DNA from: Methanotrichaceae archaeon
GTDB lineage: Archaea; Halobacteriota; Methanosarcinia; Methanotrichales; Methanotrichaceae
Direction of reading: 5' to 3'
Length of the DNA: 19,918 bases
Assembly (NCBI GenBank): GCA_963803145.1
Contig: CAWDLW010000037.1
Coordinates: forward strand, 1-19,918
Positions within the stretch are counted from its first letter, which is position 1. Each line of letters starts with the position of its first letter. The notes under the pieces were generated by a model, which was given only the letters and a program-made list of their open reading frames with translations, was not told where the DNA came from and ran no database searches. This document shows, in pieces, positions 9,541 to 16,928 of this stretch. The translations under genes and the position numbers were made by a program.

Positions 9541-9585
9541 GGTGATTTTTGGTGTTTTCCGAATTATTAAGCATTATGAATTCGT

Positions 9586-9840
9586 CCCACATTCCGCACT
9601 TTAACTCTAACCCGTAATAATTTCACATTCTCGACCAAATAGCTTGAGAACTGTGATTTGTGGCTCGCTTAGATGTGCAACAACTTTAACGATTTTTCCG
9701 CCATCCACGACAACCGATTGAATCACACCCATAAAGAACTCGAAGATCCAACGCATAGTAGGGCGCTGTGTAGGCGTGTTGAGTTGATTGGGCACAGTAA
9801 GTCCAGTCTCTTTGAGCGTTTCTCTAAGCTGCCACTCTGC
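9586..9840 (-). mobile_element. IS1634-family remnant: transposase C-terminus and one end
   Basis: Frame from 9840 reads AEWQLRETLKETGLTVPNQLNTPTQRPTMRWIFEFF, typical of IS1634 transposase C-termini. It ends in ...TGCGGAATGTGGG (CCCACATTCCGCA 9586-9598), recalled as an IS1634-like terminus. The 5' part is missing. Confidence 0.75.
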
Positions 9841-9884
9841 AAAACAAATAAAAAAGTATTAAGAGGATTTAATCGAAATCCTCT
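9841..9884 (-). terminator. Thermosome terminator: hairpin over the stop codon plus T-rich tract
   Basis: AGAGGATTT 9862-9870 / AAATCCTCT 9876-9884 is a perfect 9-bp inverted repeat, followed by T-runs on the minus strand (A-runs 9841-9855). Retained in the orphan copy (7155-7177). Confidence 0.6.
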
Positions 9885-11515
9885 CCGCCCATGCCACCGG
9901 GCATTCCGCCAGGCATGCCGCCTGGCATTCCGCCGCCTGGTGCAGACTTTGAGGCTATGACATCATCGATCCTCAGGATCATGACAGCCGCCTCGGCTGC
10001 AGAGTTGATCGCCTGAGTCTTCACCCTCAAAGGCTCGACAACTCCAAGGTTCAGCATATCCACAGGCTTGCCTGTATCGATATCGAGACCAGCGCTCTTC
10101 ATGCCCTTCTCGTGTGCACTTCTGAGAGCAACGAGAGTATCAATCTGATCAAGGCCAGCGTTCTCTGCTAGCGTCTTGGGGACGGCTTCCATTGCATCGG
10201 CAAATGCTTCGATCGCGAGCTGCTCACGGCCACCTACGGTCGCTGCATATTCCCTGAGCCTCAGAGCCAGCTCGACCTCAGGAGCGCCTCCGCCTGGAAC
10301 GAGCATCTTATCCTCAACTGCAACGCCCACAACTCGCAGTGCATCCTCCATCGCCCTGTTCAGCTCATCAACTACGTGCTCTGTGCCGCCTCTGAGGATT
10401 ATAGACACGGACTTGGGGTTCTCGCACTCCTCGACGAAGGTCATCTTCTCATCGCCGATCTTCCTCTCCTCGACTATGCAGGACTTACCGAGATCACTGG
10501 CCATCAGGTCGTGAATGCTTGTGACAATTCTTCCGCCTGTTGCACGGGCCAGCTTCTCCATATCGCTCTTCTTCACTCGGCGGACTGTATAAATTCCGGC
10601 CTTTGCGAGGAAATGCTGTGCCAGGTCATCGATGCCCTTCTGGCAGAAGACTACGTTTGCTCCTGTATCCTGGACGCGCTTGACCATATCCCTGAGCATG
10701 GTTTCCTCCTGGTCGAGGAATGCCTGGAGCTGATCAGGTGATGTGATCTCAATCTTAGCATCGACCTCGGTCTTCTCTATCTCGATGGGTGCATTGAGCA
10801 GCGCAATCTTCGCGTTCTCTACCTTCTTAGGCATATTTGGATGGAGCCTATCCTTATCTACGACAACGCCGCGGACAATCTGGGAATCAGTGATGCCTCC
10901 ACCGACCTTCTTCTCAACTGTAATGTTATCGATGTCCACGCTTCCGTCTTCATCGATAACGGATTTCACTGCCTGCACTGCTAGATATGCAAGATCGTCC
11001 CTGCCGACCCCAGAGCCCTTGCCTGTCATGGCAGTGATTGCTATCTTCTTCAGAAGCTCAGTATCGTCCGGTGAAACCTTTACGGCCACTGTCTTCAGAA
11101 TATCCATGGACTTATCTGCTGCAGCCCTGTAGCCTGCGGCTATAACTGTTGGATGAATCTCCTGATCAAGCAGTCCCTCTGCTTGCTTTAGGAGCTCTCC
11201 GGCCAGTACAACGGCTGTGGTGGTTCCATCTCCGACCTCGGCATCCTGAGTCTTGGCGATCTCAACCATCATCTTGGCAGCAGGATGCTCAATATCCATC
11301 TCCTTGAGAATTGTGACGCCATCATTCGTTATTACTACATCGCCGAGTGTATCGACAAGCATTTTATCCATGCCCTTCGGACCCAGAGTAGTCCTGACTG
11401 CACCTGCAACAGCCTTTGCAGCCATAATATTTGATCTCTGAGCCTCTCGGCCAGCAGTTCTCTGGCTACCTTCCTTAAGTATAAGTACGGGTGTTCCGCC
11501 TAATTGTCCTGCCAT
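9869..11515 (-). CDS. thsA: Thermosome subunit (group II chaperonin)
   Basis: [41 protein letters not shown] motifs and a GGM-repeat tail. AGGAGGT RBS at 11522-11528. The alpha/beta assignment is uncertain. Confidence 0.97.
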   Translation of the reverse strand: MAGQLGGTPVLILKEGSQRTAGREAQRSNIMAAKAVAGAVRTTLGPKGMDKMLVDTLGDVVITNDGVTILKEMDIEHPAAKMMVEIAKTQDAEVGDGTTTAVVLAGELLKQAEGLLDQEIHPTVIAAGYRAAADKSMDILKTVAVKVSPDDTELLKKIAITAMTGKGSGVGRDDLAYLAVQAVKSVIDEDGSVDIDNITVEKKVGGGITDSQIVRGVVVDKDRLHPNMPKKVENAKIALLNAPIEIEKTEVDAKIEITSPDQLQAFLDQEETMLRDMVKRVQDTGANVVFCQKGIDDLAQHFLAKAGIYTVRRVKKSDMEKLARATGGRIVTSIHDLMASDLGKSCIVEERKIGDEKMTFVEECENPKSVSIILRGGTEHVVDELNRAMEDALRVVGVAVEDKMLVPGGGAPEVELALRLREYAATVGGREQLAIEAFADAMEAVPKTLAENAGLDQIDTLVALRSAHEKGMKSAGLDIDTGKPVDMLNLGVVEPLRVKTQAINSAAEAAVMILRIDDVIASKSAPGGGMPGGMPGGMPGGMGGEDFD

Positions 11516-11554
11516 TCATTTACCTCCTAGTAATCAAGACGGTTTTCTCTGGTG

Positions 11555-11579
11555 TTTGAACTTCTATATAAGCGCTTCG
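11555..11579 (-). promoter_or_regulatory. Thermosome promoter with heat-shock-like flanks
   Basis: Minus strand reads CGAAgcgcTTATATAGAAgttCAAA: a TATA box flanked by CGAA and CAAA, as recalled for haloarchaeal cct heat-shock promoters. Confidence 0.6.
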
Positions 11580-11722
11580 AGTATTTTGCTCAAACCGATT
11601 ATACAAAATATTCCAGGCTCGCTCGAAGGACAATCCTTTAGATGAATTCTGACAATTGGCATCCAAACTGATATATACTATCGATGATTCTAGAGCATAT
11701 CCGAAAGGATACGTGAATAAAC

Positions 11723-11893
11723 ATGGATAGAGAGAGACGTGGCGGCTTCAACAGAGGCCCAAGAGAAATGCACGACGCAGTTTGTTCAGAATGTGGAAAG
11801 CCAACCCAGGTACCATTCACCCCAGATCCGAGCAGGCCGGTGTATTGCAGCGAGTGCTACCAGAAGCACAGGCCACCAAGAAAGAACTTTTGA
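11723..11893 (+). CDS. CxxC-x17-CxxC domain-containing small zinc-binding protein (56 aa)
   Basis: MDRERRGGFNRGPREMHDAVCSECGKPTQVPFTPDPSRPVYCSECYQKHRPPRKNF*, with exactly 17 residues between the two CSEC motifs. Below the ORF track cutoff. Confidence 0.93.
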   Translation: MDRERRGGFNRGPREMHDAVCSECGKPTQVPFTPDPSRPVYCSECYQKHRPPRKNF

Positions 11894-11962
11894 ATAAATC
11901 TCCGATTTATTTTAAAAAGTTCACAATGCGTTTCCTTGAAGAAGAACAGGGTGCGAGCCCTG

Positions 11963-12985
11963 TTAAATTTTTATTGACATTATTTCTTTGTCTAATGTCT
12001 GATCTGGGCAGATTAATTTAGCGCCAGTCTCCTGGCTGATCATGTAGCGCAGCACAATGAGCACCAGTATGTTTACCGCCAGACCAGAAAGGGCTAGAAG
12101 CTGCTCTTCGTAGAAAAGGAAGACCTGGACCAAGAAGATCTGGATAAGTATGGCGCTTCTGAAAAGTCGATATGCTGCAATCCTATTTCTGCGAATCTTG
12201 GATATGCCTAAAAGCACAAGCACCCCTGCGAATGTGGCAGATGCGAGCATTGCCAGGTCTGAGAAGGATAACGCTTGAAAACCGCCTGGAAGAACTGTGG
12301 CCATGTATGAACTCCCGCGCATTCTGATGTAAAGGAGAATTCCATCTACGACAAAAGTGAGGAGCGATTGGAGCACGAAGAAAGCTATTACGGTATTCAG
12401 AAACCATCTTCTCTGGATAAGCCTGCCGTAAATGTTACGAATGTGAATCTTGCAAACGGTATAGATATCAGGCTTGGGTGCAGGAACGGTTTCTATTGCG
12501 ATGAGCAAATTATTCAGCGCTCTGACAATGGGATTAGAGGGATCGCATGAGTCAAGAAGTTTAAGCGCGCGTTCCTTTTCGAGGTGATCAAGGTCAGATA
12601 AAGCAACATCTTTTGCAATCTCCAAAGCATTTACAAGTCTCTCCTGCTCTGAGAGCTCATGGCTATGAATGAACGCTTCGATTGCCAGATAGATGAGGAT
12701 AAAGGTGATGTATATCAATGCAATCGCTGGCCTGAAGAAATAGTTATTATCGCCTGTTACAAATTTGCCGAGTTCATCTATGAAGGCCCCAAAGCCGATG
12801 CCCCCAAGGACAGCAACAAGATAGCTTGCGGATTTGTTTATGTATGCGAGGGCTATGATCAAAGCTATCATCATCAAAAAGCCGCCCAAAAGTACGTGGG
12901 CTATGTGCAGTCCTCTTCCGCTAAGCTGAGGATATCCGGTGAGGGCAAGAAAGAAGCGTATGCCAAGCACTGACGCTACAGCCAC
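11963..12985 (-). CDS. Multi-pass membrane protein of unknown function
   Basis: Several hydrophobic helices; TGYPQL...LHIAHVLLGG and GFGAFIDELGKFVT-DNNYF motifs. The start is uncertain because the frame stays open upstream. Confidence 0.8.
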   Translation of the reverse strand: MAVASVLGIRFFLALTGYPQLSGRGLHIAHVLLGGFLMMIALIIALAYINKSASYLVAVLGGIGFGAFIDELGKFVTGDNNYFFRPAIALIYITFILIYLAIEAFIHSHELSEQERLVNALEIAKDVALSDLDHLEKERALKLLDSCDPSNPIVRALNNLLIAIETVPAPKPDIYTVCKIHIRNIYGRLIQRRWFLNTVIAFFVLQSLLTFVVDGILLYIRMRGSSYMATVLPGGFQALSFSDLAMLASATFAGVLVLLGISKIRRNRIAAYRLFRSAILIQIFLVQVFLFYEEQLLALSGLAVNILVLIVLRYMISQETGAKLICPDQTLDKEIMSIKI

Positions 12986-13145
12986 AACACAGAAAATCTC
13001 AACCAGATTGTACCCTTCAATTCCTCTGATGAAACTCTTGTAGATAGCCTCATCTCCCTTTCTGAGCAGAATATTCAGGTTTCTGATGAATTCTTGTGTG
13101 TACCTCTTGCTTCGACCGGAATATAAAAATTCAAATTACGGTTAA

Positions 13146-14906
13146 TCAGCTATCTTCAACCGCATAATAGTACTCGCCCTGCTCTTTCTGCATTCTATCA
13201 AGGCGAGATTCTGGCTTGTTAACCCTGGGGCGACGGGTCTCTTCATCTCGCCTGAAGGTTATGCCTATGCTCCTCAGAAACGCATTCATCCCTTCACGCA
13301 TATCATAAGGTGGCTGAGCAATGCCCAAAACGCCTGGCTCACCCTCAAAGACAATCAGCCTCTCAGAAAGAAGATCGATCAGATAGATATCATGGTCTAC
13401 AACGAGGACCGTCCTTTCAGTGGACTCTGCAAACCTGCGCATCACTTTGGCCGCAAGCATTCTCTGCTCGACGTCCAAATGGGCCGATGGCTCATCCAGA
13501 AGGTAGAGCTCGGCATCCCTGCTGAGGCAGGCGGTTATTGCGGCCCTCTGGAGCTCGCCGCCGGAAAGCTCAGTCAACGCTTGATCAAGAAGGCTCTCTA
13601 AGCCCATTGGCCTAAGTATCTCCGACTGATAGTAGCTGCTATCGAAATCATGTGTCACCCCTCGCAGAAGGCCTTGAACAGTCACATCGGAGTCTGCCTT
13701 GAGGTACTGGGGCTTATATGAGACCCTTAGCTTATGCTCGAAGCTGCCTGTTGTAGGCTTTTCCACACCCGCAAGGATCTTGATGTAAGTGCTTTTTCCA
13801 ATACCGTTCGCTCCAAGTATTCCCACTACCTCGCCCTTGCGTATTACGCCTGCATCCGCCTTCAGAGTAAATGAGGGATATTCTTTCGTAAAGGCATTAT
13901 ACTCAATCAGCGCCGGGATCTCCTTTTCAATCCTTGGGGCATGTACCTCGAACTCAATCGCCTGGTCTCTGATGCGTACATTCTCCTCAGGCAAGTTGCC
14001 CTTCAGGTACTGGTTTATGCCCACCCTCACACTCTTGGGGCGGGTGATGATGCCATAGGCTCCAGGGCCTCCATATATGAGATGAACACTATCTGCCAGA
14101 AGGTCCAGCAATGCAAGATCGTGCTCGACAACCATGACTGCCTTCTTTTCTGCTAGGCTCTGCAGTATTCGTGCGGCGTTCATCCGCTGATAGATATCTA
14201 AGTATGGGCTGATCTCATCAAAGAAATAGAAGTCTGCATCACGTGCTGCCGCTCCCGCGATGGCAACGCGCTGAAGCTCGCCGCCGCTCAAGCTATCGAT
14301 ATCTCTATCCATAAGCCTAGTGAGTCCGAGCCTATCTACCAGACCGCTTAAAGCCCCCCGTTCATCTGTACGCATCAAAAGATCTTTTACAGAGCCCGAG
14401 TAACTTTTAGGTATTCGATCCACATATTGGGGCTTGTAGGCAGTCTTAATGCCTTTATCGACGACCTTTTTTAGATAATCGCCTAAAGCCGAGCCCGCAA
14501 ACCTCTGAAGTACCTCATCCCAGTTAGCATTCCTGCCGAGGTTAGGCCGCAGTATTCCCGACAGGATTGATACAGCGGTCGTCTTACCTATTCCGTTACG
14601 GCCGAGGATGCCTGTCACCTTGCCTTCAATAGGTATCGGCAGGCCATATAATGCAAAACCGTTCTGACCATAGCGGTGTACTGGGCTCTCTAGCTCCTCT
14701 GGCAGGTTGGTTATGGTGATAGCTCCAAAGGGGCACTTACGGACACAGATGCCACAGCCGACACAGAGGCTCTCAGTTATCAGGGGCTTGCTGTCTTCAA
14801 ACACTATTGTTTCATCGCCTGTGCGCACTGGCGGGCAGAAGTACTCACACTCCTTGGCGCATTTCCTCGGCTGGCATCTGTCGCGGTTTATAACAGCAAT
14901 TCTCAT
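13146..14906 (-). CDS. rli: ABCE1/RLI ribosome recycling ATPase
   Basis: MRIAVINRDRCQPRKC...CVGCGIC Fe-S domain; two Walker A motifs (GRNGIGKT, GANGIGKS); two LSGGELQR signatures. True start is ATG 14906, after GGAGG/GGAG. Confidence 0.97.
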   Translation of the reverse strand: MRIAVINRDRCQPRKCAKECEYFCPPVRTGDETIVFEDSKPLITESLCVGCGICVRKCPFGAITITNLPEELESPVHRYGQNGFALYGLPIPIEGKVTGILGRNGIGKTTAVSILSGILRPNLGRNANWDEVLQRFAGSALGDYLKKVVDKGIKTAYKPQYVDRIPKSYSGSVKDLLMRTDERGALSGLVDRLGLTRLMDRDIDSLSGGELQRVAIAGAAARDADFYFFDEISPYLDIYQRMNAARILQSLAEKKAVMVVEHDLALLDLLADSVHLIYGGPGAYGIITRPKSVRVGINQYLKGNLPEENVRIRDQAIEFEVHAPRIEKEIPALIEYNAFTKEYPSFTLKADAGVIRKGEVVGILGANGIGKSTYIKILAGVEKPTTGSFEHKLRVSYKPQYLKADSDVTVQGLLRGVTHDFDSSYYQSEILRPMGLESLLDQALTELSGGELQRAAITACLSRDAELYLLDEPSAHLDVEQRMLAAKVMRRFAESTERTVLVVDHDIYLIDLLSERLIVFEGEPGVLGIAQPPYDMREGMNAFLRSIGITFRRDEETRRPRVNKPESRLDRMQKEQGEYYYAVEDS

Positions 14907-14920
14907 GACTCCTAATCCTC

Positions 14921-15337
14921 CTAATTGAGAAGGAAGGTCCAGGTGACAAGCCAGAGATCGATTGCCATGAACTCCACATAGAACCAATCCTTTCCCTGGA
15001 ATGCTGTCGAATCTATGCCAAAGAATGGATATGTGAACTTTTGAATGATGTAAGTTATCAGTATTACTACTAATAATTCAAGATGCCAGGGAAAATTGTA
15101 TTGGTTGATAGCGGCCATGAGATAATAAGATGCAAAGCCCATGAGAACCCCCAGGGCAGCAGGGTACACAGTCTTGATTATCCCGTCGATCTGGTCTTTT
15201 CTGCGCTCTAGTGCGGTCTTGGGTTTAGCCTTAATCACAGGTGCGGCTTTCTCAGGGCGCTTCTCTGGAGTTTTGCTTTCTTCCTCTTCGATATCTTTGT
15301 CCAACTTTGCAGCTTTGCTCGCCTTTTTCCTGGCCAT
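14921..15337 (-). CDS. Small membrane protein, probably archaeal EMC6-like
   Basis: Charged N-terminus, three hydrophobic helices and a KDWFYVEFM...W.V.WT.LLN C-terminus. Lies immediately upstream of ABCE1 in the same operon. Confidence 0.7.
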   Translation of the reverse strand: MARKKASKAAKLDKDIEEEESKTPEKRPEKAAPVIKAKPKTALERRKDQIDGIIKTVYPAALGVLMGFASYYLMAAINQYNFPWHLELLVVILITYIIQKFTYPFFGIDSTAFQGKDWFYVEFMAIDLWLVTWTFLLN

Positions 15338-15557
15338 CCCAATGAGGTGAGCATTGTATGATAATAGCTTTTTGGTCTTCTCGAAGGTATGTTAAGATGG
15401 TTTGATAATTCGCTTACAGGTTGGTTTGGATGATTTTGTCGCATATAACTTAACACGGATTTCGCAGGCTATGCTCATACCAGATCTAATATTAGATTTT
15501 AGATAGCTTCACATCTTGGGCAAAATCCAAGTAGTAAAACTTCTAAGGAACTTATAG

Positions 15558-16010
15558 ATGGCAGCCTACGTGGTCGCAGATGCATCCGTGTTTATACTTG
15601 GAAAGAGGCTGGACGGAGAGATTGTCACTGTTCCATCGGTTGAGAGGGAGCTCAAAGACATACGCTCAAAATCACGCCTCCATATATTCAATGCGCGTGT
15701 AGAAAGCCCATCCGCTGATGCCCTGAAGAGGGCACGTAGTGCTGCGAAGACTACAGGTGATATCTCTGTGCTCTCCCAGACAGACCTCGATGTGCTTGCC
15801 AAAGCAGTCGAATACGGGGCAATTCTTGCAACCGATGATTACGCAGTGCAGAATGTTGCACTTCACCTGGGCCTGCGTGTTGAGCCTGTCGCACAGCCGC
15901 TGATCAAGAAAAAGATGCAGCGTATACAGAGGTGCAGAGGCTGCGGCAGTGCCTTCGAGGGAGAGGCATGTCCCGATTGCGGGACTCCAAAGACGGGGAA
16001 GATAAGATGA
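15558..16010 (+). CDS. nob1: Nob1-family PIN endonuclease with C-terminal zinc ribbon
   Basis: VADAS, TVPSVEREL, LSQTDLDVLA and ATDDYAVQN PIN motifs; CRGC...CPDCG zinc ribbon. Confidence 0.92.
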   Translation: MAAYVVADASVFILGKRLDGEIVTVPSVERELKDIRSKSRLHIFNARVESPSADALKRARSAAKTTGDISVLSQTDLDVLAKAVEYGAILATDDYAVQNVALHLGLRVEPVAQPLIKKKMQRIQRCRGCGSAFEGEACPDCGTPKTGKIR

Positions 16011-16627
16011 AGAATATTGAAAGTTTAATGAAGAAGGCTGCTGAACTGAAGGCAGAGGGGCTGGTAGAGGGCCAAATATCTGAGGAGCTGAACGTTTCGA
16101 GCGATACTGTGACATGGCTGCTCACGCATGCTGAGAAGGCAGGCGCAGCCCAAGGCCCGAAGGATATCTCTGTTGACTGGTCAGCGGTCGGAAGAAGCGC
16201 CTATAGATTAGGGCATATCTCACAGGCATTATCTGACATAATCTACGAAAGTTTGGACATGACAGAGTCTGGCGTTGATGTTGTGGTCGGCATTGCCCTA
16301 AGCGGCCTGCCTTTGGCAAGCATGATCGCAGATGACCTAAGCTCTGAGCTGGCAGTATATACCCCAAGCAAGCAAATGGGATCCCAGGAAGCTAGCAAAA
16401 GGGTGCATGGAAACCTGAGTGCTAACTTCTCAGATGTCAATGATAAGGAGTGCGTAATCGTAGATGACGTTGTGACGACGGGAAGCACTCTTGAGGAGAC
16501 AGTCGAATATCTGGATGCGCATGGCGCAAAGATTAACGCTATTGCAGTTCTGATTGATAAGAAAGGGACAGATCAGATAGCAGGCGTCCCTGTAGTTTCG
16601 CTTCTGAAGGTAATACGCGTTAACTAG
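16007..16627 (+). CDS. gfcR: Orotate phosphoribosyltransferase-like protein / GfcR-type regulator
   Basis: N-terminal HTH-like segment (GQISEELNVSSDTVTWLL) fused to a PRTase domain (VIVDDVVTTGST). ATG 16007 overlaps the nob1 stop (ATGA). Confidence 0.88.
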   Translation: MKNIESLMKKAAELKAEGLVEGQISEELNVSSDTVTWLLTHAEKAGAAQGPKDISVDWSAVGRSAYRLGHISQALSDIIYESLDMTESGVDVVVGIALSGLPLASMIADDLSSELAVYTPSKQMGSQEASKRVHGNLSANFSDVNDKECVIVDDVVTTGSTLEETVEYLDAHGAKINAIAVLIDKKGTDQIAGVPVVSLLKVIRVN

Positions 16628-16928
16628 GGAGGGTCTGTTCAGAGGAGGCTACACTAGCGATTTCTCGCCTTCTCTTTATCTTCTCTATTACTCGCCTTAG
16701 CAACAAATAGGTCTCTCCAAGATATTGAAATCAGGCTAAAATGCCGTAGGAGCAGTAGCATGAGAATCACGATATCTGCATATTCAAAGCCAATTCCAGT
16801 TGCGTTTAAGCCTTCTTTGAACATGACCCACTCACTGAGACTAATAGCATTTCTGCAAATCATGCCCTTCTCGGCCTGAGAAAGCCTTTTAGCATTGCTC
16901 TCCCATCCTCAAATTATAGCTGATCGAT

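Larger units (their letters stand above)
7148..10128. mobile_element. Remnant integrative element inserted in the thermosome gene 3' end
   Basis: Bounded by direct repeats of the thermosome 3' end. Cargo is DUF3800, IS630 and an IS1634 remnant. No integrase lies inside, so it is probably deleted or degenerate. Confidence 0.65.

Noticed and set aside
7148-10128. Thermosome repeat pair as a diversity-generating retroelement TR/VR
   Set aside because: Mismatches are synonymous changes of mixed type, not adenine-specific, and there is no reverse transcriptase in the window.
14907-14987. N-terminal extension of ABCE1 in the ORF track
   Set aside because: It overlaps the upstream gene. The conserved start MRIAV and its RBS are at 14906.
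15932-16006. N-terminal extension of the GfcR-like ORF
   Set aside because: It overlaps nob1. ATG 16007 is coupled to the nob1 stop.
16654-16863. 69-aa minus-strand ORF between gfcR and alaS
   Set aside because: No recognisable motif and only a weak hydrophobic stretch. It cannot be supported, though not excluded.
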